Shown here one piece after another: positions 1 through 11,696 of a stretch of DNA of 64,000 nucleotides. Made by a program: the position numbers and the translations under genes. Each line of letters opens with the position of its first letter. The first letter of the stretch is position 1. Below the pieces are notes generated by a model. It was not told where the DNA came from and did not search any database. It was given only the letters and a program-made list of their open reading frames with translations. The stretch comes from Amoebophrya sp. A120 (taxonomy: Eukaryota; Protista; Dinoflagellata): the NCBI GenBank assembly GCA_905178155.1, contig CAJINV010000002.1, forward strand, positions 11,014,634-11,078,633, in the 5' to 3' direction.

Positions 1-213
1 ACGATGCTGGCACACAGCACGTCCGGCCAGCCCCTGCAGGGGAATCGGGGTAGAGCAGAAGCAGCACACGCAGGGGATTGGTGTGGCTTTTGTGGCACGG
101 TGCTCGAGTATGGGGCAGCAAGACGGTTCTGGCAGAGGAAGGTCGAGATGGGGTGGCGGCGGCAAGCGTCACAGGCGTGAACCCGTCTGGGGAAGGTTAT
201 TAATATCGAGCGC

Positions 214-450
214 TGAGATTTCGGAGCCCGGAATCTCATGCCCTTGGCCACAAGGGCATGAGATTTTGGAGCAGGCGACTCTCAGGCCCTTGGCCCCAAG
301 GGCATGAGATTTTGGAGCAGTCAAAATCTCATGCCCTCGGCACCAGGGCATGAGATTTCGAGGCCCGGAATCTTATGCCCGTGGCCACAAGGGCATGAGA
401 TTCGGGGGCAGACAAAATCTCATGCCCTCGGCACCAGGGCATGAGATTTC
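214..450. repeat. Tandem array (~5.5 units, ~46-bp period) of two alternating hairpins
   Basis: Units alternate TGAGATT-N-AATCTCA and TGCCC-tggccaca/cggcacc-AGGGCA; both halves are self-complementary. Confidence 0.9.
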
Positions 451-731
451 GAATGCGGGTCCGCAGAAGGGCAGGGCCGCCCTCGGTTTCGTCCGCGGCC
501 CGCACGTCGGGGAACCCCCGCTGCAGCGGGTCCCCTTCTAGCGGCTCTTGGGCGCGAGGCCTTTTGGGGGTTTCCGTGTTTCTCGTTCCTGTTCGGGGAC
601 GTGGGCATGTGCCCGCACGTTGCGCAAGCCCTCCCCGGCTTCCTTCGATGTGCTCCCGTTGGGCTCCGGGCGCGTTTTTCTATTACCCTGCCCAACGCGT
701 AGCACGCCCTTACAGGGCGTGCTGTAAGGTG

Positions 732-1758
732 GCACCACGAGGACCAGCAGCCGCCCTTACAATGCCTTTGCCCAACATTTGCCCCAACATTTGGTGCAAA
801 TGCCATTTGGTGCATTTGCCCAACATTTGCCCCACATTCGCAGGAGCTTGGGGGGTTGTGTTTCATTTTTCGCAAGAAATACGCCAAACCGCCCTGCACG
901 GAGGCGGCCCCCAAATTGCCCCGCAGGTCCCAGGCGTTCCGGGGGAACTTTGCCCGCTCTCTTGTCTTTTGAGCGCTGGCCAGGTTCTGCGTGCGCGCGA
1001 TAGATTTGGGCACCTTGTGCCAGGAAAGTGCCCAAATCTTGAAGCTTAGCACCCCCGCGAGGCTGTTGGCCTGCCGCGGGCCCTTTGTGCAAGCCGAGAC
1101 GCTGGCCATTGGGGTCGACGTGGCCGCCGCTCTCTCGTCTGCTGGGCGCCGGCCAGGTTCTGTGCAAGATTTGGGCACCTTTTGCCAGGAAAGTGCCAAC
1201 GTCTTGAATATTAGCAATCCCGCGAGGCTGTTGGCCTGCCGCGGGCCCTTTGTGCAGTGCAAGCCGAGGCGTTGGCCACTGGGGTCGACGCGGCCGCCGC
1301 TCTCTTCCGCATGCTATAACGCAACCCCAAAAAGAAGCAGCTTTTTGCTTCTTTCAAGGTCCCCGGTCTGTATCTGCCGCCCGGGCAGAACCGCTGGACG
1401 CCAATCACGACGGCACGGCGCCGCATCAGAAAGCTGCTTGCTTTTGTCACAAAACTGAATCCGCCTTCTACGGCGGTCCTCGCGGGCCACGCCCGTGAGC
1501 CATTCCGCATGCTATGGCGCATCCCATAAAAATACAACTTTTCGCCTTCCCACTCTGTATCTGCCGCCCGGGCAAATGCATTTTCCGCAAAACACACTTG
1601 CACGGCACACATTTTTTTGTTTTGTCTTTTTCAAATGTTTTCAAAAGAAACATTTGAAGTTTTTTGCTTTGCATTTGCTTTGACTGTCATTTGTTTTGAG
1701 GGTGGGGGGGTATTTTTCATTCTGATAGCACCACGAGGACCAGCAGCCGCCCTTACAA
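732..1758. mobile_element. ~965-bp non-coding insert (763-1727) flanked by a perfect 31-bp direct repeat
   Basis: GCACCACGAGGACCAGCAGCCGCCCTTACAA at 732-762 and 1728-1758. The interior has GCCCAACATTT repeats (~768-835) and a ~170-bp tandem duplication (~966-1305). Confidence 0.7.
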
Positions 1759-2458
1759 AAGGGGGTCGGACTGGAACTAGCGGTCCGCCGGCGTCGCTCG
1801 TAGTGGTTGCGTCAGCGTCGGGGGCCTCCTCGTCTTCGTCGTCTTCTGCGAAAGTAGAACCGGAAAAAATAAACCCAGCAACCACAATGATGTCGCGACA
1901 GGAAAGGCAAGCGCGTCCTTCCACAACCAACCCCAGTGCCAGCGCGGCGAGGAGTTACGCTCGGGCATTCGCAAATGCGGCGTCAAAAAACAAGGCCGTC
2001 CAATATCCACTGGAGGAATACAACTTATCCACGCTGCTTGTACGTTGTACAGGGATCATTTGCAACGGATGCAAGAGCACCAACACACCTACCGTGTTCA
2101 AAGAAGCAAAAAAAAATTGATATTTTACAGCTGTCCGTACATGCGCGTACGTTGTACTTTTGCGATGTATTTTCAGCAGCCGAAAGCGAGACCTAATGGA
2201 ACTTCCGCCTCGCCCGAGAAGCCCGCAAGTGCGAAACTTGCGGACCAGTACACGCAAGTGCAGCCACGGTACAAAGCGGTAAAGCCATCAGTTGACTCGG
2301 AAAAGGGTGACAGCGTCGCTGACAGTTCTGTGAACATATCTCAGCAGCGCGACGCCCGTAGCAGCGGTGTCCACCAGGGGCGGAAAGGAAAGCAAAATCC
2401 GAAGCAGCAGCAGGTATACTCTCCTCCCGCAAAGATGCGCAATCTACTTCATTCATAG
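1728..2458 (+). CDS. Exons of a hypothetical Ser/Ala/Gln-rich protein (incomplete gene model)
   Basis: ORFs 1617-2120 and 2045-2458 join in frame through a GT-AG phase-0 intron at 2040-2176. The outer exon boundaries are unresolved. Confidence 0.4.
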
Positions 2459-2461
2459 TAT

Positions 2462-3155
2462 GTAGTGAGGTCACGAACGTTCTATCCTAGCTGTTTTTTT
2501 GACACCTCACCTGCAAAACGACGGGCAGTTTTCAAGCGGCCGGAAGGCTTTTTTGACATAAAAAAATTCCAATTATCAAGCGGCCGGGGCTTTGATAGCA
2601 AACAAGCCCGGTTGAAAACTATCGACTCGCACTTGATAAAACGACGCAGGGGAGCCGGTAAAAGGGGCGCCCTTCTGAGGCGCCCACCGCCTTGGTTTCT
2701 GGCGATTTGGGGCGCCCAAAAAGGGGCGCCGCAAAAATGCCAAGACGAAAAAAAGCGCGAATCCGCATGGTATGGGCCCCATTTTGGTCCACTTTTGGAG
2801 GTCGCAAAGCCGGCCACCAAAATCGGGCATTTGTAAGGCGGGGAGCAGGGCAAAAGTTGCGACTTTTCATACAAAAAAACTAAAAAAAACAATGGCCGCC
2901 AAAGTCCGAGAGCTAACCCGCATGCTATGGGCCCGATTTGGGGCGCCCAAGGGGCCGGCCCGGGCGGAGGCCCTTGGGGGCCATAGCATGCGGGGAAGGT
3001 TTTTCATGTCGAAACCAAATGGAGGCCACCTCTGGATCGAGATTTTCAGCGACCGCCGTGCCGTCGTGCATAACATTACTCACGGCGGAACGGTGGGAAG
3101 GGAAGTCGCGTCGTTTTTTGGAGTGAAGACAAAAAAACCGCCATGACCTCACTAC
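2462..3155. mobile_element. MITE-like element with TIRs, possibly a TA target-site duplication
   Basis: GTAGTGAGGTCA (2462-2473) and TGACCTCACTAC (3144-3155) form a perfect 12-bp inverted repeat with weaker subterminal pairing. The palindrome TTGGGGCGCCCAA occurs twice inside. No credible coding content. Confidence 0.65.
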
Positions 3156-3260
3156 CCCCGCTGAGGCGGCTATTATTGGCATCTTGATGATGTAGTTCAC
3201 AATGGAATTGTTCATTGAGGACGAACTTGAAGTACAGGAAGGATAATCTTCAGGAACATC

Positions 3261-6230
3261 ATGACATTGAAAAAAACTTCTAACCGCGCACTGTTTTGGC
3301 AGGCATCCGGATCTTCGGCCGCCAAGCCGGCGACAGCCGTACGCAAGAGCTCCGTCACGAGCCCCGGTCGCAGCGGGGTGGAGCATGCTGGCACAAGTGG
3401 CACCGCTACTCGACCCGGACAAGTCCGACCCTCGTCGCCGGATTCGCCTTCCCTGGTCGAGCGTGCCAATGATGTTCTGCTCTCAACGGAACAACAGCCG
3501 CCGCCGTCCTCGCGCATGCTCGTCGTGTCAGCATCAGAAGAAGGCCAAGGAAGCGCACTACACTTGGTCTCCAAGAACGTCAGGTCGGGTGCCCAGAATC
3601 AACAGCACGCTCTTGTTTCGGACACTAAGCCAGACGAATACTTTGAGGCCGAAGCGCGGCAAATGGGATTGGGGAACAAATCTTCTAAGAAGGCGGGCCC
3701 GCAGCCGCATCTTCAGCAGGCCACTAGCGCCCTTCCTGGAACGAGCGCACCCAGCAAAGCGCGAAATAGTGTTGCTCAGCACGCCGAGATGACGAGGAAC
3801 AAGTCTGGTGGCAGCAGCACAAACTTTGTGGGAGTCGGTTCGACCGCAGCCGTGAGCCGCCGTGGCGCTAGTCGAGACGTCGACAATTCCCGACGCGCGA
3901 CTCCTAGTCGAAATGTTTCCGGTTCATCTTACTCGAAAAGTGGCAAAGGTGCACCAGCAGGAGCAAGCCGAAGTGCTTCTCCTGCAAAGGTGGAGAACAA
4001 TGCGCTCGACGAGCATCATGGTCCTCTTCAACAAGACCAGCTAATTACAGGCGGAGCGTCGAAAGCAGGCGATCATGCGCAGCAGGCAGCCGTCGTAGGG
4101 CCGGCACAAGTTATTTCTGTTGGACGACAAGATCCCCGCGCGAGTTCATCTGCTGAACCATCCCGGCAACGACCGAGGGCGGAGACCGGGGCCTCCTCCA
4201 CAACCCAGCTGCGGAGCAACGAGGGGAGTCGGAGCCCGCCCAAAGCTCCGCGCGGATCACCGTCAGCCGGAACTCGTGTGCGGAACAAGCTGCAAGTGGT
4301 CGATACCACCCCACCCCTGGACGAAGTGTCCTTTAACGACGCCATTCAAAACATTACCTCAGATTCCTTCAGTCGCCGGGCAGAGCTAGACCGCGAATTG
4401 CTCCTGTCAGCCGGCGGTGCTGGGGGGAACGGAATAAATGTGAATGAGAATCAGTTGTTGTTTCCGAGGAGCAACGTCGGGACGGGAGGGTCTACAGCGA
4501 TGACCACCTACTTGGCCTCGCGGACGAAGATTGCACAGATGAAATTGAATGATGTAGGAGCTGCAGGAGCACCAGGGATCGCCGTCGAGCAAGAGCACGG
4601 CGCCGGGCGACTTGAGACCTGCAACAAGAATCAGTCGAGCAGCGCTACCCTGGCTGTGCAAGATTTGAAGACGCAGAAGTACCTGCAGAATGTCGATTTC
4701 AACCCGATTTCTCTCGCCCGCATGCATCTAGACAACGAGCTTTCGAATTCCAAGGCCACAACGGATCCCGCTGCGCATCCGCACCAGCCATTTTCCCGGC
4801 GCGCCATTTCCCAGCCACCGCCAGTGCTCGTCCCCACTAACTCATCGCAGCGCGGAGGCTACCACTACGATCCGGCGGGCCAACATCAAGCTCACACTGC
4901 TTCCCTGTCGCAGATCTATCTGCCGTCGGAAAGGGTTCTTGCAAAAGACTACGACCAGCCGCCTCGCAGTTCCGGCGGCCAACAGTTTATTGTGCAGAAC
5001 AGAAGCGGGGGTGAGCATTTCGGTCCAGTGAACATGCAGCAGAGCTATGCGCCGCCTCGTGGCATGATGAGCCAGCACGGGGGCTACCCTCCCGAAGGTG
5101 CTCCGTACGATCTCTTGCCGCCACCGCCTGGTGCGGGCGGGGTACCGTTGACAACTTCTGCCTCAATGGGCAAGTATCTTCCAAACTCCTACGCCGGTGC
5201 GATGAACTCCGCGCAGCTGCACCACCACCGGCATTCCCTACCTGCGCGCACGGAGCAAGAGCAGTATCATCACGGGAGCTACACTGCTGGGCCACTGGCC
5301 CCGCCAAGCGGACAGAACAACATCCGCGCGGCGGTCGTCCACCAGCAGCCCGCGCCGCGACGAAACGCCGAGCAGCGGCAGCGCAGCGAGGATGTCGCTC
5401 TAATGCAGCAGAGCGATCACCACGCCATGAACCTCCCACTGTGGGCGACTCACGTGCCGGTCTCGGAGCACCGGCCGTTCGGAACAAGTGCCGCAAATAA
5501 CGGGACGTCGAGCTACGGCTACAACATGAACCCGTCAAGGTCCGTGCCACACCCCTCGACGAATGTTGTTCTGTACGAAGTAGATTCAGCTAGTCAACAA
5601 GTGTTTCGGGGCACACCAAGTAGGGCAGTGGTAGACCATGCTACTGGAAGAGGAACTGGGATCCTTCCGCCAGAGAACCGATTACATTACGATGTCACAA
5701 CTCTGAACATACAACCACCTCCAGCTGGAGTAGCTGCTCCAGGGTACTACCACGACTTTCGCAGACAAGACGGTGGTCGTATTCATGACGCATACAATCA
5801 TCTGAATTATGATCCTTCGAGTCGACAACGTCAGCAACATCCAAATGGTCCTCATTATTACAACGAAGAGAAGCTCCACAATCATCTTCCAAACCACCCT
5901 ATGGATTATCCGCACCTCCTCAACAATGCCCCCCACCAGCAGCCTCAGCATCCGCAGTCGATGCAGCAAGAGGGAGCGCAAAACCAGCCGTCAAGCTCGT
6001 CTCGTGTGCAGCTAGCACAGGAAGTTTCTCTGATGAAGGCTGCCAAGGACTTCTCGCTTGAGGAGCAACGTCGTAACCCAAAAGCCGCCACTGGTGCGCT
6101 GCCGTCCACGGCAATGATGGGAGCCTCGCGCGGCAACGGTCGCCACGCGAAACGAAGTAGAGGGGCTGACAGCAAGCCGGCTGGGGGGCCAACTACATTT
6201 GGCTCGGCCCAGCGGAAGCCCTTCGTGTAG
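3261..6230 (+). CDS. Hypothetical 989-aa low-complexity (S/Q/H/P-rich) protein; may be the last exon of a larger gene
   Basis: Long uninterrupted ATG-started ORF; no recognisable domain. Confidence 0.75.
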   Translation: MTLKKTSNRALFWQASGSSAAKPATAVRKSSVTSPGRSGVEHAGTSGTATRPGQVRPSSPDSPSLVERANDVLLSTEQQPPPSSRMLVVSASEEGQGSALHLVSKNVRSGAQNQQHALVSDTKPDEYFEAEARQMGLGNKSSKKAGPQPHLQQATSALPGTSAPSKARNSVAQHAEMTRNKSGGSSTNFVGVGSTAAVSRRGASRDVDNSRRATPSRNVSGSSYSKSGKGAPAGASRSASPAKVENNALDEHHGPLQQDQLITGGASKAGDHAQQAAVVGPAQVISVGRQDPRASSSAEPSRQRPRAETGASSTTQLRSNEGSRSPPKAPRGSPSAGTRVRNKLQVVDTTPPLDEVSFNDAIQNITSDSFSRRAELDRELLLSAGGAGGNGINVNENQLLFPRSNVGTGGSTAMTTYLASRTKIAQMKLNDVGAAGAPGIAVEQEHGAGRLETCNKNQSSSATLAVQDLKTQKYLQNVDFNPISLARMHLDNELSNSKATTDPAAHPHQPFSRRAISQPPPVLVPTNSSQRGGYHYDPAGQHQAHTASLSQIYLPSERVLAKDYDQPPRSSGGQQFIVQNRSGGEHFGPVNMQQSYAPPRGMMSQHGGYPPEGAPYDLLPPPPGAGGVPLTTSASMGKYLPNSYAGAMNSAQLHHHRHSLPARTEQEQYHHGSYTAGPLAPPSGQNNIRAAVVHQQPAPRRNAEQRQRSEDVALMQQSDHHAMNLPLWATHVPVSEHRPFGTSAANNGTSSYGYNMNPSRSVPHPSTNVVLYEVDSASQQVFRGTPSRAVVDHATGRGTGILPPENRLHYDVTTLNIQPPPAGVAAPGYYHDFRRQDGGRIHDAYNHLNYDPSSRQRQQHPNGPHYYNEEKLHNHLPNHPMDYPHLLNNAPHQQPQHPQSMQQEGAQNQPSSSSRVQLAQEVSLMKAAKDFSLEEQRRNPKAATGALPSTAMMGASRGNGRHAKRSRGADSKPAGGPTTFGSAQRKPFV

Positions 6231-7333
6231 TACGACTTGATATATCTACTTTGGCTTTGCTTGAGGATTTTTGGTTTTGCTACGATTCGCTTTGCGTTTT
6301 CAGTAGAAAATGGTGGGGAATTATTTCCAACCGAGCATGCATTCCGGCGAAAACTACAAAATTAATGAAAAACCAGAAAGATGAAGATGCCTAAATACAA
6401 CATAAATTGAGATATGACAACCGTGGGCGGTTGCGATAACACGACTTGCCTGATAGTGGTTGCAGCTGCGGTGGGACCGATTCCAATCCACATAACCTCC
6501 TCGATTAGACTGGAGGCATCAACGAGGTAGTTTGTTCAGGACGACTCCCAAGCCCTGGATACGAGGAAGTTCTTGCTTTTCTTTGTTTGTTTATGGATTT
6601 TTCCCCTATCGTGGGCTTGGAATTTACTTATTTTTAATTGGACGACGTTCTGCCTGTGCTCTTAAGAATTCTAGAGACCCGATCGTTGCGATCCGCTAAA
6701 CTATGATTTCCTTGTAGCTGCAGCTAAACCTAAAAGTAAGATGAAGACTTGCGTACAGTCGAGTTCGTGCAGCTCCTCGTCTAGAAAATCGTTTTCGTTG
6801 GGATGTTGACGTGCAGAGAAATCTTTATTTCGTATCGTTCGCATTGCGTCCTCGACGTCGTACTCAGAAGAAATGAAAATCGAGTAAACGTATTTTCTCG
6901 TTCTCGTTTTGCCCGAGCCCGTATGCAATGTCTGGTTTTCTTTTTGTATGATGATGTTGATGTATGAAGCTCGTACAATTTTTTCGTATGGTTTTCTGTG
7001 TTTGAATTCGATTCGAAGTCGGCTGCACAAGTGAAAAAAAAAAGCGTTACTAGGCCTCTTCGTCTCAAAATCATTTTCCTCCCGTGAAACACCAGTGGAA
7101 CTCGTAGTTGTAGAGCCCATCTACTTCCTCTTCCTCGAAGCTGTGATTACATATGCAATCACACTGCTAGAACTTCTTTTGGCAAGCCGTAGTTTGATCT
7201 TTTCCTGGCTTTTGCCGTAGTCAGAAAGCAGGATCGATCTGGTTGTACAGACTCTCTTTTGTCAGCACTTCGTCTAGCCGAACCCATCGTGATTGTGAAA
7301 AATACAAGAGAAAAGACGAGCACGCGATTGATA

Positions 7334-9842
7334 ATGGGGGCGAAAGGCAAGCACAGTAAAAGCTATGGGGAGAACGCTTTTACAGGCTCCTCGGCGTTTC
7401 TCGAGGCTGTTGACGACAACAACGACCGACGGATGGCGAACACCGCGGAGGGCAGCGGTTCTGGCACGAGCAAGGGGGGCGTGTCGTCCGTTTCGTTTTC
7501 TCTCGCGGTGTCCCCGACGGGATCAAGTGTGAACTTGGGAACGTACAACAAGCACGCGAACACGTTGAAAGCGGAGGTGTTTCACCCGGGTAGCGACCTG
7601 GCGCCGGTGGCCTCGGGCAACTACAAGTACATCTTCCAGGACCAGCGATTTCAGTACGAGCGCACGGACTGGTTTTTCCACTCGCGCACGGTGGAGTGCT
7701 CCGGCCGCAACCTGGCCTGGGATTTGAACCTGTTCTCGTCCGCGCACGGGAACAGCCTGGATCCGGGCAGCGCGATTCCCGCCGGGGCCGTCTACGGCAT
7801 CTACGGCGCCTGGTTTTTACTCCACGTGCTGCTGGTCGTCGTGTTCAATCGCACAGGGCCGTCCTCTTCGCAGGGAGGCAACAAGTACTATGCGGGCTAC
7901 AAGCCGAAACAAAAGTTCCGAAGCTCCTCCTCCTCGGCGATGGGACCCGGGGGTGGCGCTGCGCCGAGTGCAGCGACAACCGCGGCCGATCGTGGCGCAA
8001 ACGAGTCGACGCATTTACTGGGCGCAAAGGAAGCGTTGGGACGAGGAGGGGGCGAAGCCGCGGAACAGGGAAAACTGTTGCAAAACAAGGACAATAAAGC
8101 CTCCGCCGCGGTGGAGAACGGCAAAGCCGGCCGTCGGAGCAGCCAGCTGCAGCGGCCCCAACCCGCCTCCGTGGGCGAGGTGTTCCAAATTGCCTTCACG
8201 GGGTCCCCCGAGGTGAAGACGCAACCGCGGATGTACTACCTCGACTACACGTATGGAAGCGTCAGGTTTGAAATCGTCAAAGTTGAAATAATTTGTAATG
8301 CATAAAATGCATGACCCGAGGCACGTGTGTTGCAGAGCAGGCAAGTGAAGCCTGTTTGGGGTTACAGCTCGAGCTGCTAAAGTAACATGAGAAAATCGCT
8401 CTTCTTTGCGTAAACAGCATGACAAAGTGGATCTAGGGACCGCCGAAATTTGTCTTGCGCCACTTAGAAACTGGGTCCCAACTGGCATCCATTTTATGCA
8501 TGACAAATTATTTCAACTTTGTCGATTTCAACTCTGACACATCCATAACACGCGGTTCGTTTGCGTCGCGGCGACCATTTGCATGCATCTGGATGGGTAC
8601 CGGTACTCGGTGCGCAACACCGGGTTCGTCCTGTTCTGGGTGATGCCCTTCCTGTTCCTGGTGTCCGGCATCGGGCTCGCGAAGAGCCAGCGCGGGTTTC
8701 CGCTGTACGTCATCAAGCTGTGCGTGCTGGCGCTGGTGGGGATGGGCCTCAACGCGCTGGGGCAGCTGATCGAGTTCGGGTCTCTAACGGGCAATCCCGA
8801 CCTGTGCGTGACCAGTGCAACCATCGCGCAGATGTGGTACGTCCTGGCGGTGCTGGTGGCGTCGGTCGTTTGGTTTCCCTTCAAGCTGATGCTGCAGACG
8901 GTGCGTGAGGCCGACGCGGCGGCGGATGCTGCGCAGCAAGAAGCCCGCGCGGGGACCCTCACGGACACGGACCAGGAGGGGACTGGGACCGAGGACCAGA
9001 TGGTGAACCGGGCGCAACTGAATCCTGAGGCGACCGTGTCGCGCACGCCCGCACTGAGTGCATTCTGCGTCTCCTTTCTCCTGTTTGCCGGGCTGCTGTT
9101 GGCGTCCGCGTTTTTGCCCGCCGAGGACGGCGGTGCAGCCAACCGGGACGAACGGCTGAATTGGGGCACGGCCCGTCCCTACAAGGTCTTCGGCTTTTTG
9201 GGCAGCGAACTCGCCGCGGGGCTGGTGCTGGTCTCGCTCACCCTGCTTACTGGGGACCGCGGGTACTTCTCGTGGATCTTTGGCAGCTGGGTGTTCTTGA
9301 GTCCCATTTTTTTTCCAGCCGAGTACCAATTCTTCACCCAGACGGTATTGATGTTCTTCTGGGCGGCGGTGACCTTTGAGAGGCCGCTGTACCACACGGA
9401 CGCGCTCCGAACCTGGTTCCGCGCATATTGGTTCTTTACGGCCCTGATCGTGCTCGGCCTCGTGTACGTGGACCAGATCGGCCGCTGCGACATCTACCCC
9501 GCGCTGTACCTCTGGGAGCGTGCCCGGTGGTTCGCCGCTACCGCACTGTTGTGTGTGATGTTCATGACAGGCACGTTTGCCAGCGACGACCCCTGTGGGT
9601 GCACCCGGTGGACCAACTATTGGGCCCTGTTCGCGTACCTTTCGTGCCAGTTCGTCGGGAACGTGTTTGCCAAACTCGGCCCCGGGAAGTGGTTTGGCGC
9701 TCCCGTTCTGTACTTGAGCATCATTCCCTTCATCATTTACTACCATTTCCTGCCGGACCGGCGGACCGCTGCGGCGCAAACCGGAGTCACGCGGGCAGCG
9801 CGCCGCGACACGGGCGATACCGGAGCCGTTCACAGCGATTAG
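7334..9842 (+). CDS. Acyltransferase-3 (OafA/MdoC-like) multi-pass membrane protein, 2 exons (intron 8251-8551)
   Basis: Removing the 301-nt introner joins ORF 7259-8305 to ORF 8583-9842 and gives RMYYLDYTRFVCVAATICMH...VMPFLFLVSG...QMWYVLAVLV, matching the AT3 motifs R..LD.LR......H, MP.FF..SG and HLW(F/Y)L. Many hydrophobic segments. Start codon uncertain. Confidence 0.8.
8252..8547 (+). mobile_element. Introner element with ~58-bp TIR and 5-bp TSD ACACG
   Basis: TATGGAAGCGTCAGGTTTGAAATCGTCAAAGTTGAAATAATTTG... pairs with ...CAAATTATTTCAACTTTGTCGATTTCAACTCTGACACATCCATA. ACACG lies at 8247-8251 and 8548-8552. The implied intron is GT...AC. Confidence 0.92.
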
Positions 9843-11696
9843 CTTCTCTTTGAAGCAATGGGATCAGAAGCAAGAATCAATATGATTCGTTCAACATGAG
9901 CATGATCATGACGTCTGAGAACCACGGGCACCGAAAGATGTTGTATGTTTGACTACCTAGTAGGTGTGAGTGACCGCTTGAGTTGGACGAGAACATGCAA
10001 AAGCTGGCAATGGGCGCACACTTCTAAGATCTATATCATGTGTAGAGTTGTTTCTATATTGATGCGTCTGCTCCTTTTTCTGATAAAGATAAACGTATAT
10101 AAGCATTATGTATCGAAACTAGGAAAATAAATACGAATACCAAGTTATTAACAGTTGGTGCACATGATCATCAAACAAAAACTGCATGATGTACAAATGC
10201 TGCACCTATTTGTATTCTGGTTCTGGTGCTCACCACTAGCAAATAAATTTAGTAATCCCAGTGAATCTCTTGTACATTACGCTTCAAAGTTATTTCGCAG
10301 ATGCACAGCAAACGTCAATACGATATTCAGCAAGTTGTAGACGCGCGTCCGTTTCTATTTTCTAATTTCGCTACCCCATTCGCGGAAATACAAGCGGGAT
10401 GGCGAGAACACTGGCAATGGATCTGCTGCTAGTTCGCATTGCGGAATTGAAAACGGAAAGCTGGCAGGGGTTCCACCATCGGTGCGCCAACTGTGATTGA
10501 GCATTTCGGTAAAGCAAATGTATTTGACCGACATGATATCACAATTCTTGTTCTCGCTCAGTGCAAGAAGAGAAATCTAGAAGCATTTCGATATCTATGA
10601 CACATCAAGGCAGGAACCGCCAGAAAAAAAATACTCAGAAAAGGAGAGTGTTTTTTACATATTTTGTTCACTTCTGCATCTGCAAGTTGTCTTTCAGATT
10701 GATAATTATGACATGCAAGCCCGCTGACGCTTTCTTGTGTCGAACACGAAGAGTCTCTATTAGTCCCTCATTGCCCGCCCTGAACTGTGTCTGTGTCGAA
10801 ACAAAACACAGGCCGCTCGTGTCTCCCGCGGGTCTGAGTCGGTGGTAGTGATGCTGATGTGCCACCACGTTGCAAGAAGCGTCTCTCTCGACTTTAAACT
10901 CGAGGTACGGTATCGGTTTTGTGTATTATATATTTGATATTTTTCACTGTCCTCGTGCAAAGACTGATATGTATCTGTATGATCATAGTGGCAATCACGA
11001 CTGCATTCGGTTCCAAGCGGTCTCAGTCGGAGGCTTAGCAGAAAGATTGATATCGGTTGCAAATAATATTCACGGAGTATTTTATTCGCATCGGTTTCAT
11101 TGCCCAGCAGCAGGGGTTCGAGTTTCCGTGCAGAAACTCAATCGGTCTCTCTCTATGCGCCTTTGCCGTAAAGGTAGAAGATTTGCATTTGTGCCTGTAC
11201 TCCTGGCGAAGGCGAACGAAGCGAGCTAATTACGTTCATCGGTCAAGCTGGTGCCATAGTTGGCCAGCCATGACGAAACTTACACGTAAGCTTTGTAGTT
11301 TCATCGGTGTAGTCGCTATCGCTTTGGCTTTCTGAGTCGTCGTCCTTCTCATCTTGATATTGGTATTGAAACAAAAAGATATTTACTAGCTCTTGCAGTT
11401 TTGGATTGTCAAACTCTCAGGCTCGAACGCTACCAAGAAGAACCCAGTATTGGTGTGAACGTACCCGACTCAATAGTACGTGGGTGATAAAGTATTATCG
11501 AGATTATACAAAATTGTGGAGCTCATCAAGAAAAGGTTCTCTTGTTGCTGTAAGATCTCCAACATCGCTTTAAAGTTTAATTTTATTGTTCCTCTTCACT
11601 TTCTCGCACGTCGCCCTCGCCGAGGACTGCTTTCGCTTCATTTACTCTTGATTCTGCTCTTTTGCTTTCCAAGAATATCCATATCGCTCGCTCACG

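Noticed and set aside
214-450. CRISPR-like repeat-spacer appearance
   Set aside because: The variable parts are short hairpin loops that recur rather than unique spacers; no cas genes; eukaryotic context.
420-1612. Several ORFs up to 280 aa with internally repeated peptides
   Set aside because: The peptide repeats mirror the DNA duplication inside the 31-bp-repeat insert; no coding signal.
8784-9833. 349-aa minus-strand ORF
   Set aside because: Antisense shadow of the GC3-rich acyltransferase exon.
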